This document shows, piece after piece, positions 1-9,416 of a stretch of 64,000 nt of DNA. The stretch's first letter is position 1. The number at the start of each line of letters is the position of its first letter. This DNA is from a virus (taxonomy: Duplodnaviria; Heunggongvirae; Uroviricota; Caudoviricetes), in IMG/VR virus record IMGVR_UViG_3300022555_000011, positions 19,381-83,380 of that record. One strand, 5' to 3'. The notes below the pieces were generated by a model that worked only from the letters and a program-made list of their open reading frames with translations, made no database searches and was not told where the DNA came from. A program made the position numbers and the translations under genes.

Positions 1-43
1 TGATTCTAATGACTATAAGCTCAATTATGATGAAGACTTATAT

Positions 44-397
44 ATGGATTATAGTGAGGGTGTCATGAAAAAAAGAATACATCAGGTGGCTCTTAAATTT
101 TATTCCAAATCAATTGAAGGATCTTTGGATATTCCAGTTTATAAAATTATGTTTGAAATTAAATTGAAGCCAGTTTCTGAAATAAAATTTCAGAAGGACG
201 ATGATATGTTTGGCTGGAGCTTTGGTGAAAAACCAGTAAAAGTAATTAGATTTGTTAAAAAATGTGGTAAATCTTGTGAGTGGAATGACTTTAGTGGTCG
301 CTTAATAATGAAGAAATCTCAACTTGATAAAATGGACATCGATCTTTTGAAAATTCTAATTAATGAAGAAGGTGGTGAAAAAATCAGAGTAAAATAA
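44..397 (+). CDS. hypothetical protein
   Basis: 117-aa ORF in a tightly packed + strand run; no recognised motif. Confidence 0.55.
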   Translation: MDYSEGVMKKRIHQVALKFYSKSIEGSLDIPVYKIMFEIKLKPVSEIKFQKDDDMFGWSFGEKPVKVIRFVKKCGKSCEWNDFSGRLIMKKSQLDKMDIDLLKILINEEGGEKIRVK

Positions 398-411
398 AAA
401 AAAATTAAATT

Positions 412-729
412 ATGAAAATAGTGAAAACTTTTGAAGGATTTTTGAAAAATTCTTATAATTTTATTAAATTGGTAAATTTGCTTAGAAATTGGCAAAGTAA
501 ATATCAACCAGAAGATTATGATAGAGTTATTTCAAGTGCATTTGAACTCATAGATGATTATGAATTGGAGACTGGTAAACTTTCTCCTCCTTTTACTTTA
601 CCTAATGAACAATTAGGCACAGAGTTTATTACAAAATTTTTCAAAACAGCAGAAGATCATGGTTATGAGATAATTTCTAATCCATCAAATCGTGGTGATG
701 ATTTTACTACATTTAATTTAAAAAAATAA
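412..729 (+). CDS. hypothetical protein with MKxxKTFE leader (putative virion internal protein)
   Basis: Starts MKIVKTFEGF, matching the leader shared by many ORFs in 0.4-14.5 kb. Confidence 0.6.
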   Translation: MKIVKTFEGFLKNSYNFIKLVNLLRNWQSKYQPEDYDRVISSAFELIDDYELETGKLSPPFTLPNEQLGTEFITKFFKTAEDHGYEIISNPSNRGDDFTTFNLKK

Positions 730-737
730 TTATTGAT

Positions 738-1097
738 ATGACAAATATTACAACATCATTCGGGCAATTTCAAGATTCATTAAATGAAGATAAGAAATAT
801 ATTGATAAGGTTACATATTGTCTCACAGGAAGTCCAAAACCTTTATGGCCAACTAAAGCGGATTTTATTTCTGATATGGAAAAATGGGGATATAAATATA
901 CAACTTTAACTAAAGATACTGACATGCTAATAGCCGCAGACGAGGATTTAGGTACATTAAAATGTCAAAAAGCAGAGAAATATGGCATACCAATTTATAG
1001 TTATAATGATGCTTTTAAAAAGAAAGAATTATTATACAAACGAGTTATTAGAGGTAAAAAACTAGAGAATTTAAATAGATTATCTGAAGAAGATTGA
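738..1097 (+). CDS. stand-alone BRCT-domain protein
   Basis: YCLTGS...TKDTDMLIAADEDLGTLKCQKAEKYGIPI resembles the BRCT domain of NAD-dependent ligases. Confidence 0.7.
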   Translation: MTNITTSFGQFQDSLNEDKKYIDKVTYCLTGSPKPLWPTKADFISDMEKWGYKYTTLTKDTDMLIAADEDLGTLKCQKAEKYGIPIYSYNDAFKKKELLYKRVIRGKKLENLNRLSEED

Positions 1098-1098
1098 T

Positions 1099-1124
1099 AA
1101 AAAACACCTTGTTAGGTGTTTTTT
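1099..1124 (+). terminator. intrinsic terminator
   Basis: aaaaaacacct-tgtt-aggtgttttttt stem-loop with U tract. Confidence 0.8.
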
Positions 1125-1147
1125 TATTTTAAAACAATCATTTAGAC

Positions 1148-1182
1148 TTTATTTATTTTATATATACTATAAAATAAATAAA
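1148..1182 (+). promoter_or_regulatory. hairpin with TATATA late-type promoter upstream of LAGLIDADG gene
   Basis: 14-bp inverted repeat tttatttattttat/ataaaataaataaa overlapping tatatatac. Confidence 0.55.
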
Positions 1183-1193
1183 TAATTGAGGCT

Positions 1194-2123
1194 ATGTTAA
1201 GGAAAAAATGGACAGAAGAAGAAGTCGAAAAGTTAAAAAATTCATATCTAAATATGAGTACAAAAGAATTGTCTTTATTTTTAGATAGGACTGAGATTTC
1301 TATTATTGGCAAAATGCAGTTATTGGGTATAAATAGAATGTGGACTAAAAATGAAGATGATATATTAAGAGAGAATTATGGAATAAACAATTATGAGGAT
1401 TATAAATATTTATTACCAAATAGAACATTAAGTTCTCTATTTAATAGAGCACAAGTTTTAAAAATAAAATGTAAAGAAAAAATTAGAAATAATTATAAAT
1501 ATGATGTAAATCATCATTTTTTTAAGGATTTGTCCAATATAAATTGCTATTGGGCTGGATTTATTGCTGCTGATGGTTGGATAAAATCTGATTGTAATTG
1601 CTTAGGTGTAAAATTGGCAAAAAAAGATATAAAACATTTAGAGAAATTTAAATTCGATATTCAATCTAATTCACCTATAAGAGAAAAAAAAGCAAAAATT
1701 GATGAAAAGATTTTTTTACAAAGTGAAATAAATGTTTACTCCAGATATATTGTGCACGATTTATATGATAATTTTAATATAACTCCTAATAAAACTTTTA
1801 CTTTAATACCACCAAATATTGAAAACTTTGAACATAAAATTTCATATATAGTTGGTCTAATTGATGGTGATGGCACGATAGGAAAAAAAACTAATGCAAC
1901 TGATTTGAGAATTTCTTTAGCTGGCAATGAAGAAATTATAAAATGGTGTAAGTCTGTGTTAGTGGATCTTCTTAAATTAAGAAAATCAAAAAAAATTGCG
2001 TATAGTAATAAAATTTATAGCTTTAGTTTAGGTAATAAAAACTCTATAAAATTTATCAATTATGCAAAAAAATTAAATATACCTCATATGGAGAGGAAAT
2101 GGAATAGATATGGATTACAATAA
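1194..2123 (+). CDS. LAGLIDADG homing endonuclease with N-terminal WTEEE repeats
   Basis: YWAGFIAADG and YIVGLIDGDG motifs. Confidence 0.85.
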   Translation: MLRKKWTEEEVEKLKNSYLNMSTKELSLFLDRTEISIIGKMQLLGINRMWTKNEDDILRENYGINNYEDYKYLLPNRTLSSLFNRAQVLKIKCKEKIRNNYKYDVNHHFFKDLSNINCYWAGFIAADGWIKSDCNCLGVKLAKKDIKHLEKFKFDIQSNSPIREKKAKIDEKIFLQSEINVYSRYIVHDLYDNFNITPNKTFTLIPPNIENFEHKISYIVGLIDGDGTIGKKTNATDLRISLAGNEEIIKWCKSVLVDLLKLRKSKKIAYSNKIYSFSLGNKNSIKFINYAKKLNIPHMERKWNRYGLQ

Positions 2124-3132
2124 AGATTATTATAAAATTTTAGAAATTGATAAAAATTCATCTTATGATGAATTGAAAAAACAATATAGAAGTTTATCTA
2201 AATTATATCATCCAGATGTTATGAAGACTGGTGATGAGTTTAAATTCAAAGAAATTAATAACGCATTTGAAGTTTTATCAGATGCTAAAACCAGACAAGA
2301 GTATGATCAACGTAGTCCACATGGAAATTCCTATTCGCCAGGATTTGGTGGATTTCCAGGATTTGAATTTCATTTTAATCAAGGAGGTGGTGATATTCAC
2401 GATATATTTAGCCAATTTTTTGGAGGCGCAAACCCATTTGGAGGCGGATTTAACCCATTTGGTCAAAGAGAACAGTTTAGAGAAGATTTAGATATTAATG
2501 CTATTATAACAATAAATCTAAAACAGATATATTTAAATGAACAATTAAATATAAAATATAAGCGTAAAGTTCATTGCGATAGTTGTAATGGTACAGGCTT
2601 TGATAAAGAGAGTCATTCTGATATGTGCGAAATTTGTAATGGAAGTGGAGTAGATAAAGGAAAAGTTTGTGAGTATTGTAGAGGTGAAGGTAAGATTTAT
2701 GCTGAAACTTGTAAAAAATGTAAAGGTGAAAAGGTGATGTTAATTGATTCAGAAGTTAATTTGGCAAACATTTCTCAATTAAGAGAAAATATACAGAATT
2801 TACATAGAGGTTATGGTCACCAATCAAAATATTATAGAGAAAAGATTGGGAGTTTAATTTTGAATATTAATGTTGATAGGAGTGATGGTTATGAAATATT
2901 GAATGGTTATCAATTGAGGAAAGTATTGGATATTCATTTTCAAGATGCTATTGATGGTTCTGAATTGACACATATTCATGTTGATGGTAATGAAATTAAA
3001 ATTAAATTGCCAGCCAAAACAAAAAATGATGAGGTTTTAAGAATTAGAGAAAAAGGTTTATTAAGACAAGATAATACAAGAGATGATTTATATCTAAAGA
3101 TTAATATAATAATTGATTATAGTAGAATTTAA
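2110..3132 (+). CDS. dnaJ: DnaJ chaperone
   Basis: J domain with HPD, G/F-rich region, four CxxCxGxG-type repeats, C-terminal domain. Confidence 0.92.
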   Translation: MDYNKDYYKILEIDKNSSYDELKKQYRSLSKLYHPDVMKTGDEFKFKEINNAFEVLSDAKTRQEYDQRSPHGNSYSPGFGGFPGFEFHFNQGGGDIHDIFSQFFGGANPFGGGFNPFGQREQFREDLDINAIITINLKQIYLNEQLNIKYKRKVHCDSCNGTGFDKESHSDMCEICNGSGVDKGKVCEYCRGEGKIYAETCKKCKGEKVMLIDSEVNLANISQLRENIQNLHRGYGHQSKYYREKIGSLILNINVDRSDGYEILNGYQLRKVLDIHFQDAIDGSELTHIHVDGNEIKIKLPAKTKNDEVLRIREKGLLRQDNTRDDLYLKINIIIDYSRI

Positions 3133-3395
3133 AAATCTTCAAGACTTTTAACTAAGTCATTTAATTCTAAATTTAGTGTATTTACATATAATTCTAATAT
3201 ATCTGTTGAAAATACAACAGTTGCAATTTCACCTTCATTTAATTGAATTTCACCAACACCTACAACACCAGGTTCAAATCCTTTTATTGTGAATGATCTT
3301 TTGTTTGTTAATTTTTGTACATCAAAAATGGTTTTTTCAAGTTTAGTAATTTTGTCAACGATATTAGCGACAAGAAGTGCATTATCTCTATTCAT
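3129..3395 (-). CDS. hypothetical protein
   Basis: 88-aa ORF preceded by a TATATA motif on the minus strand. Confidence 0.6.
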   Translation of the reverse strand: MNRDNALLVANIVDKITKLEKTIFDVQKLTNKRSFTIKGFEPGVVGVGEIQLNEGEIATVVFSTDILELYVNTLNLELNDLVKSLEDF

Positions 3396-3435
3396 AATAT
3401 TTTTTTATTTTATATATTTAAAAAATAGAGTCTCA

Positions 3436-4149
3436 TCAAATAAATCTCCAGTTGATATAATCTAACGCTTGATAGACTTGTAACATTTTATTCCAATCTT
3501 TGCTTTTTGTTACAACTTGAAATACAAAATCCTTGAATTCTTTTAATCCTTTACTTTCAAATTCTTTTGTCATTTTTTTGCGATTTTCATATGATATTGG
3601 TGTATCTGTAGATTGACCTAATTGTTTTGCCTTGTCAGTTTTTAGATATAATACATATTCTGTACCTTCTCTCATATAATCATTTGCAACTTCTAATGCT
3701 TTATCAAAGGCTTTTTCCCAGTCTGGATTAGTCTTAATAAGATTTATAAAATGTCTTTTTGATTTTAAATCAAAAAAATTTGCTAACTGTTGTTCAGAAA
3801 AATTGTTTTCTTTTGATATTTTAACAAAATTTATAAGATCACTTGGTTTTTTTATTTGATTTATACTTTTATCTTCTACAATTTCTGATTTTGTATTTGA
3901 ATCTAATGGAGGAGGTGTCTGACCTTTTGTCATTCCGCCTAATGTAGCTGCTGTCATTAAGGCTCCAGCTGCAAGATTTTTCTTCCAATCTTCATATAAT
4001 CTAATCTTTGAAAGATTGTTTTCTTCAAAATTTTGTAAATCAATTTTATACTTTTGATCTTTATCTTCTTCATCATCAAAATTATCATAAAATTGAGCTG
4101 TGAAGTTATCAATTTCTTCTGATTCGTTGAATTTTTTTAAGTGTTTCAT
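3436..4149 (-). CDS. leader-bearing protein with internal hydrophobic segment
   Basis: MKHLKKFNES leader; KKNLAAGALMTAATLGGM segment. Confidence 0.65.
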   Translation of the reverse strand: MKHLKKFNESEEIDNFTAQFYDNFDDEEDKDQKYKIDLQNFEENNLSKIRLYEDWKKNLAAGALMTAATLGGMTKGQTPPPLDSNTKSEIVEDKSINQIKKPSDLINFVKISKENNFSEQQLANFFDLKSKRHFINLIKTNPDWEKAFDKALEVANDYMREGTEYVLYLKTDKAKQLGQSTDTPISYENRKKMTKEFESKGLKEFKDFVFQVVTKSKDWNKMLQVYQALDYINWRFI

Positions 4150-4403
4150 AGGTTAAATTTTATTGCTAATTTTTCTTCTCTGGTTAATGGTATTAAATTT
4201 GATTCATATTCCCAAAAACCATCGTCTAGTTTATAATTATTTATATTTCCATCTTTATATCTATCAGTTATCTTATATATTTTATTTTTGACTAATTTTA
4301 TTGCAGAATCTACTTTAACATGATCTTTTAATTTAAATTTATATCTAGTTGTTGGTTCTTTATAATTCTTATCTATAACTTTGATATTTCTTAAATGTTT
4401 CAT
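4146..4403 (-). CDS. small hypothetical protein (MKHL...KFNL family)
   Basis: Overlap-coupled ORF ending AIKFNL. Confidence 0.65.
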   Translation of the reverse strand: MKHLRNIKVIDKNYKEPTTRYKFKLKDHVKVDSAIKLVKNKIYKITDRYKDGNINNYKLDDGFWEYESNLIPLTREEKLAIKFNL

Positions 4404-4735
4404 AAGTTAAATTTTTTAATATTTTTAAGATTCTCAATTTTATCTTTATCTTTTATTGTAAATAATTTGGAAAGAACTTCATTTGATAATCTTCCATTAA
4501 ATCCAGTTAATTTAAATCTATCATATCCATATTTGTCTTTTTTAACTGTTTTTTTACTTCCTTTTTTAACAAATAATTTATCTCCACTAAGAGATAATTC
4601 TCTTGGACACATATATGGTTTTCTAATATAAATATTATGTTTAGCAATTAAAACATCGCCTGGCTCTACAAAATTAAAATCATCTTCAGTTGCTATATAA
4701 TGTTCCGATTCAAAATCTTCAAATAGTGTTATCAT
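4400..4735 (-). CDS. small hypothetical protein (leader + KFNL end)
   Basis: Starts MITLFEDFESE, ends KKFNL; 4-nt overlaps on both sides. Confidence 0.65.
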   Translation of the reverse strand: MITLFEDFESEHYIATEDDFNFVEPGDVLIAKHNIYIRKPYMCPRELSLSGDKLFVKKGSKKTVKKDKYGYDRFKLTGFNGRLSNEVLSKLFTIKDKDKIENLKNIKKFNL

Positions 4736-4983
4736 GGTTTAAAATTTGCAAAAGATTGTAAATTTTTTCTTTTATGTTTTTTGTCTTTTTTTAGATTTGG
4801 TGCTGATTTCATATATGCACCACTAATGGTTTGACCAATATCTCCACTTCCTGCAATAGAATCTGTCGCATTTACTGAGCCAGGAGTAGCAGAAGGTTGA
4901 GCAGCCACAACAGCGCCCATACCACCAGTGTTACCCATAGTTGCTGTAGCATCTTCTTTAATATATTCTTTAAATTTTTTCAT
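4732..4983 (-). CDS. Gly/Ala-rich small protein with MKKFKEYIKE leader
   Basis: Leader closely resembles T4 internal-protein MKTYQEFIAE; basic C-terminus. Confidence 0.65.
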   Translation of the reverse strand: MKKFKEYIKEDATATMGNTGGMGAVVAAQPSATPGSVNATDSIAGSGDIGQTISGAYMKSAPNLKKDKKHKRKNLQSFANFKP

Positions 4984-5869
4984 ATAAATAATTTTTTATT
5001 TTTTCTTCAATATTTTCATTATATTTAATTCTTAATAGATTTATATTGTTGTTAATACAAAAATTTGTTTTTATTTTATCATTCTTTTCTATTTCTGGAG
5101 TATAAAATTTTGTATTTATATTAAAGTGTTGTCTACCATCAAATTCTATTGTTAGATTATATGCTGGTAAATAAAAATCAAAAGGTAATGTTAGTATATT
5201 TTTACAGTTATCAAATCTTTTTTGATTTTCGAAATGAATATTTTCTTTTAATAAAAAATTTATAATTGCAGTCTCACCTTTAGATTTTATCAAACAATCA
5301 CAACCTATTTTACCTTTTAAATGGTTGTCAGCACTTTGTAAGAATGTTTTTCCACATTTTTGACATTTAATTGTAATTTTTGTTCTATTATTTATATATT
5401 CCTGATCTAATATTAAATATTTGTGGTTATATATTATGTTGGATCTATTAATTATTTCATCAATTGTTAATTTTATATTTTTTGCACATTTTGGACAACC
5501 TTGTTTCTGATATAAGTGCTTACCGTATTTTTGAGAGAATTCAGAATTACATTCTTTACAATGAATTTTAAGGTTATTGTCATTTCTTTCTACTATAATA
5601 TATTTGCTATTATTTAGAATATTAGATTTTTCTTGAATTTGATTTATTGTTAATTTACTATTTTTTATTGAGCATAAACATCCTTGTTTACTGTGTATAA
5701 ATTTATTTGAAGATTTTTCAAAATATTTTTTACAATTATTACAAAAAATTTTAAGTTTTTGTCTATCATTTAAGTATTCTTGACACTTATCTATTAAATA
5801 TGTATTATCACCATACAATATATTTGCACTTATTTGAATATTTTCTATTGTGTTCTTAACTCCTTTCAC
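4970..5869 (-). CDS. zinc-ribbon-repeat PD-(D/E)XK/Vsr-like homing endonuclease
   Basis: Repeated CxxC...H...GCPxC units; C-terminal FDFYLPAYNLTIEFDGRQH; GTG start. Confidence 0.75.
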   Translation of the reverse strand: MKGVKNTIENIQISANILYGDNTYLIDKCQEYLNDRQKLKIFCNNCKKYFEKSSNKFIHSKQGCLCSIKNSKLTINQIQEKSNILNNSKYIIVERNDNNLKIHCKECNSEFSQKYGKHLYQKQGCPKCAKNIKLTIDEIINRSNIIYNHKYLILDQEYINNRTKITIKCQKCGKTFLQSADNHLKGKIGCDCLIKSKGETAIINFLLKENIHFENQKRFDNCKNILTLPFDFYLPAYNLTIEFDGRQHFNINTKFYTPEIEKNDKIKTNFCINNNINLLRIKYNENIEEKIKNYLYEKI

Positions 5870-5893
5870 TTTTAAATTATTCTTTGTTATTTT

Positions 5894-6742
5894 TTAATTA
5901 AATAGTAATCCAATTCCTTGTATTGGTTGATTATTAGTTTGATATGTGAATTCTTTATATTCTTTACCTTCTTTTATTTCTTTCCAAAATTTAACCACAC
6001 CTGGGCAAGTACTATCATTTATATCGTGAAACATCACAATTTTAGCATATTGACCAATATTTTCATAGTCTGTTTTTATTCCTTCATAAGAATGATCCCC
6101 ATCAATAAATACCAAATCAAATTTTTCACCTTTGTAATCTTCACTTGTTCCAATATGTAAATTGATATATTTTTTAATATCTTCTGTCATATGTTTATCT
6201 TGTATGTCAACACCTACAGCTTTTAAATTTGGATTTTTTAATTTTAACATTTCTGTTATCAATAAATGAGAACCACCTTTGAATATGCCTACTTCACAAT
6301 ATGTATTTATATTATATTTTAATAATTCTAATATTGCGTCTGCAATTTGTTTAGGTGTTTGAAACATAGCTTCTTCTGTTCTATTATAAACCATATATTT
6401 ATTCCATTCACCATATGCATCTCTATCTTCAACACATAAGCCATAATCACAAACTAGATTTATAATGTCTGTGTCTTTAATAGATTCTAAATTTAAGTTA
6501 GATATATTTTCAACTAATATAGAATTTTTAGTTTTTTTATTTTTGAGATTTTTCTTTGAGTGTTTCATACTTTTGTATGTTTTGAACGTTGGTTCTGAGC
6601 TTGGTGTAAATTGAGTTCCAAATTCACCATTATTGCCAGATTTATAATATCCTCCACGAAATGGTAAAGAAGATATTCCTGCTATTCCTGATGCGTTTCC
6701 TGTGGAAACTTCTGATTCGTTAAATGTTTTTAAATGTTTCAT
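5894..6742 (-). CDS. class I SAM methyltransferase (Methyltransf_24-like) with MKHLKTFNES leader
   Basis: CEVGIFKGGS, VGVDI, FDLVFIDGDHSYE, FHDI motifs after a ~75-aa low-complexity N-terminus. Confidence 0.8.
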   Translation of the reverse strand: MKHLKTFNESEVSTGNASGIAGISSLPFRGGYYKSGNNGEFGTQFTPSSEPTFKTYKSMKHSKKNLKNKKTKNSILVENISNLNLESIKDTDIINLVCDYGLCVEDRDAYGEWNKYMVYNRTEEAMFQTPKQIADAILELLKYNINTYCEVGIFKGGSHLLITEMLKLKNPNLKAVGVDIQDKHMTEDIKKYINLHIGTSEDYKGEKFDLVFIDGDHSYEGIKTDYENIGQYAKIVMFHDINDSTCPGVVKFWKEIKEGKEYKEFTYQTNNQPIQGIGLLFN

Positions 6743-7041
6743 AAATTGTATTTATTTACTTTTGTATCTAATTTATATTGTTTTATTTCTTCTTTTGTTG
6801 CTTTCCTTAATTGATTTGTTTTAAGAAAAAGTTGCAAATTTATATTTGATAATGATGTTATTTTCCATAATAAATCATCTGTATCAGAATATAAATTTTC
6901 TACTCCACTAACTTTAAAAATATCATTTTCATATTTTTCATATCCATATGATCCAAAAATTGGAGATTTATCAATTTTAACAATATCATCCATACTGAAA
7001 GCCATTTCATCTCTAGATTCAAATGTTTTTAAGTATTTCAT
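6739..7041 (-). CDS. small protein, MKYLKTFES leader and KYNL end
   Basis: Leader and C-terminal motif; AATATATA motif directly upstream. Confidence 0.65.
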   Translation of the reverse strand: MKYLKTFESRDEMAFSMDDIVKIDKSPIFGSYGYEKYENDIFKVSGVENLYSDTDDLLWKITSLSNINLQLFLKTNQLRKATKEEIKQYKLDTKVNKYNL

Positions 7042-7119
7042 ATTGATTATATATTAAAATTTAAATCTTTATTTTATAGTAAGATTTATTTTATATATAC
7101 AAGAAAATAATTGACAAGT

Positions 7120-7686
7120 ATGAAAAAATTGTTCGAAGAATATGTTGAATCCGCTGATTATAAAATAGGTGCATTCTTTAAAGAATTAGAAGCTCAAATT
7201 AAGAAGTGGTTCGAAACTGGCTCATTATCCGCACAAGGATGTGAGTTAGATGGTGATATACAGATTTCAAATTATAATCCAATGGAAAAATTTTTAATTT
7301 GTAATTTTGTTGAGCCAGTTCAAGAGGGTGAAGAAGAGGATGGATCATCATTTAGATATCGAATGATATTTATGGTTAGACTTGATCAGATGAAAGGTGC
7401 AGACGCACAAGCACAAGGCGCACAAGCACAAATGGGATCACAACCTGGAGCACAAGGTGGAGAAAGTGCACCACCAGAACAAAAAAATCTAGAAATTAAT
7501 AAAGTCTTATTGAAAATACATCAATTTGATGAAGAAAATGTAGAAAAGGGAGAACTTGTGGAAGAAGTTAAAGTTGAAGATATTAAAGAAGATTTTATAA
7601 TTGATAAACTTGGTCAATTGAAAGATAAATCTGATGATAAAGGTACAGATGAGAATGATCTAAAAGATGATATTTATACAAAATGA
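7120..7686 (+). CDS. acidic protein with MKKLFEEYVES leader
   Basis: ATG at 7120 preferred over TTG at 7111; tatatatac upstream. Confidence 0.65.
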   Translation: MKKLFEEYVESADYKIGAFFKELEAQIKKWFETGSLSAQGCELDGDIQISNYNPMEKFLICNFVEPVQEGEEEDGSSFRYRMIFMVRLDQMKGADAQAQGAQAQMGSQPGAQGGESAPPEQKNLEINKVLLKIHQFDEENVEKGELVEEVKVEDIKEDFIIDKLGQLKDKSDDKGTDENDLKDDIYTK

Positions 7687-8135
7687 TAGTAGTTGCAAAC
7701 ACATTTATGCTTAATATTTTTAAGAAGATTTCTATATTCAAGTTGGATCTAGGCAAAAATCTTATGCCTATTAATAGTGAAAGAGTTGAAATTAAAGATC
7801 CTTTTATGTTGAAGTATATAAATATGACTGGTAAACAGATATTAACTTATGGCTCAATAGGAAAGCTTACTTTTTATCAAGATTTCACATTAGGAAATAC
7901 TGAATTTTATATTTTTAATGAAGATAGTATTTATGGATTAAATTATAGTGAATCAGATTCAAAAATAAGTCCAGAAAACTATTTAGCTGATATTGTGCAG
8001 GAAATAAATGAGAAAGATGGAATTAAAGAAAATCCTGATAAAGTTGATAAGAAAAAAGATCCAGATATAAAATTACCAGCAGATCAATATCTTCAAGAGA
8101 TGATTAAAAAAAGAAAAGAAGAAAATGTCAGATGA
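7683..8135 (+). CDS. hypothetical protein
   Basis: 150-aa ORF overlapping both neighbours. Confidence 0.6.
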   Translation: MIVVANTFMLNIFKKISIFKLDLGKNLMPINSERVEIKDPFMLKYINMTGKQILTYGSIGKLTFYQDFTLGNTEFYIFNEDSIYGLNYSESDSKISPENYLADIVQEINEKDGIKENPDKVDKKKDPDIKLPADQYLQEMIKKRKEENVR

Positions 8136-9096
8136 TAAATCAAATATGGTTATTGATAAACTTATTGTCAATAATCATGCATTGTTGAATAAAACACCAA
8201 ATGGTGAAACTTTATATGGTCCTCCATTTACTGCTTTTGTTGATTATGATAATAAATCAGAATATAAACAGAGTAGAAATAAGACACCAAGTGGTCAGGT
8301 AGTTTTTAATCCTCCTTTTACAAAATTTGTTGACCATGACAATCCATTAGAAAAAGGTGATAGAAATAAAACTCCAAATAATGAAATCTTATATAAAAAC
8401 GCTGAACTTAGTAATAAACTAAAAGATGAAGATGTTTATACAAATATACCATCCAAAAATAAATTAAAAGATCAGGAATTATATAAAAATATATCATCCA
8501 ACAATAAATTGAAAGATGAGGATCTTTACGCAAATGTTGATTCTAAACGTTCATTAAGTGGTGAGGTTTATGTAAATGTTGATTCTAAACGTTCATTAAG
8601 TGGTGATGTTTATGTAAATGTTGATTCTAAAAACACATTGAATAATGAGAGCCTTTATGTAAATTTTGGTTCTAAAAATGATTTGAAAAATGAACAGTTG
8701 TTTGTAAATGTCGATTCTAAAAATGACTTGAAAAATGAAGAATTGTTTGTAAATGTTGGCTCTAAGAATCAATTGAATAATGATGAACTTTTCAAAAATA
8801 CTGAATCTAAAAATACATTAAATAAAGAAATACTATTTGTAAATAAAGATGAAAAACATACTCTTAATGGAGATTCATTATTTGAAAATGTAGGAATAAA
8901 AAGAAAAATGGATGATACTGTATTATATGCTGGTAAGAAAGCTGATAATACATTGAATGGCGAGAATTTATATGCTAATGTTGATGATGCTAATACTAAA
9001 TTGACTAATGAGCAATTATATGATAATAATGTGAAAGATGATAACACTATCAAAGATAATAAGATATTGTATATTAATAGTAATGTCAAAAAATGA
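8125..9096 (+). CDS. tandem-repeat protein (14-16-aa repeats)
   Basis: About 14 copies of N-x-L-x-x-[ED]-x-L-[YF]-x-N-V-x-S-K. Confidence 0.75.
   Translation: MSDDKSNMVIDKLIVNNHALLNKTPNGETLYGPPFTAFVDYDNKSEYKQSRNKTPSGQVVFNPPFTKFVDHDNPLEKGDRNKTPNNEILYKNAELSNKLKDEDVYTNIPSKNKLKDQELYKNISSNNKLKDEDLYANVDSKRSLSGEVYVNVDSKRSLSGDVYVNVDSKNTLNNESLYVNFGSKNDLKNEQLFVNVDSKNDLKNEELFVNVGSKNQLNNDELFKNTESKNTLNKEILFVNKDEKHTLNGDSLFENVGIKRKMDDTVLYAGKKADNTLNGENLYANVDDANTKLTNEQLYDNNVKDDNTIKDNKILYINSNVKK
8532..8631 (+). repeat. 42-bp tandem repeat (about 2.4 copies) inside the repeat protein
   Basis: aaatgttgattctaaacgttcattaagtggtga[g/t]gtttatgt at 8532 and 8574, partial at 8616. Confidence 0.9.
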
Positions 9097-9416
9097 AATA
9101 TTTAAAACAATACGAAAAATTTGAAAATCTTCTTAAATATTCTAAATTAATAAGAGATTATTTTGATTATACTAAAGTGAAGCATGTAAAAATAGATCCA
9201 TTTTTGGTATATAAAGGTCGCACCTATACAGACATATATTTTAATAAAAAAACTAGAGAAATTACAGTTAAAGATTTTTGGAGTCATAAACCAATTGATC
9301 CTGTAATTGATGGAACAATGTTATTAATTAAATTGTATATTTATTTAACAAAAGTTACACCAGAGATAATTCCTTATCAAAAGATGAAAAAGAATGTGGA
9401 TAAATTTAATATTTAA
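9093..9416 (+). CDS. small protein, MKYLKQYEKFEN leader and KFNI end
   Basis: Leader and C-terminal motif. Confidence 0.65.
   Translation: MKYLKQYEKFENLLKYSKLIRDYFDYTKVKHVKIDPFLVYKGRTYTDIYFNKKTREITVKDFWSHKPIDPVIDGTMLLIKLYIYLTKVTPEIIPYQKMKKNVDKFNI

Noticed and set aside
8413-9030. CRISPR-like array
   Set aside because: The repeats are in-frame protein repeats without constant repeat/unique spacer structure; I saw no CRISPR array anywhere in the window.
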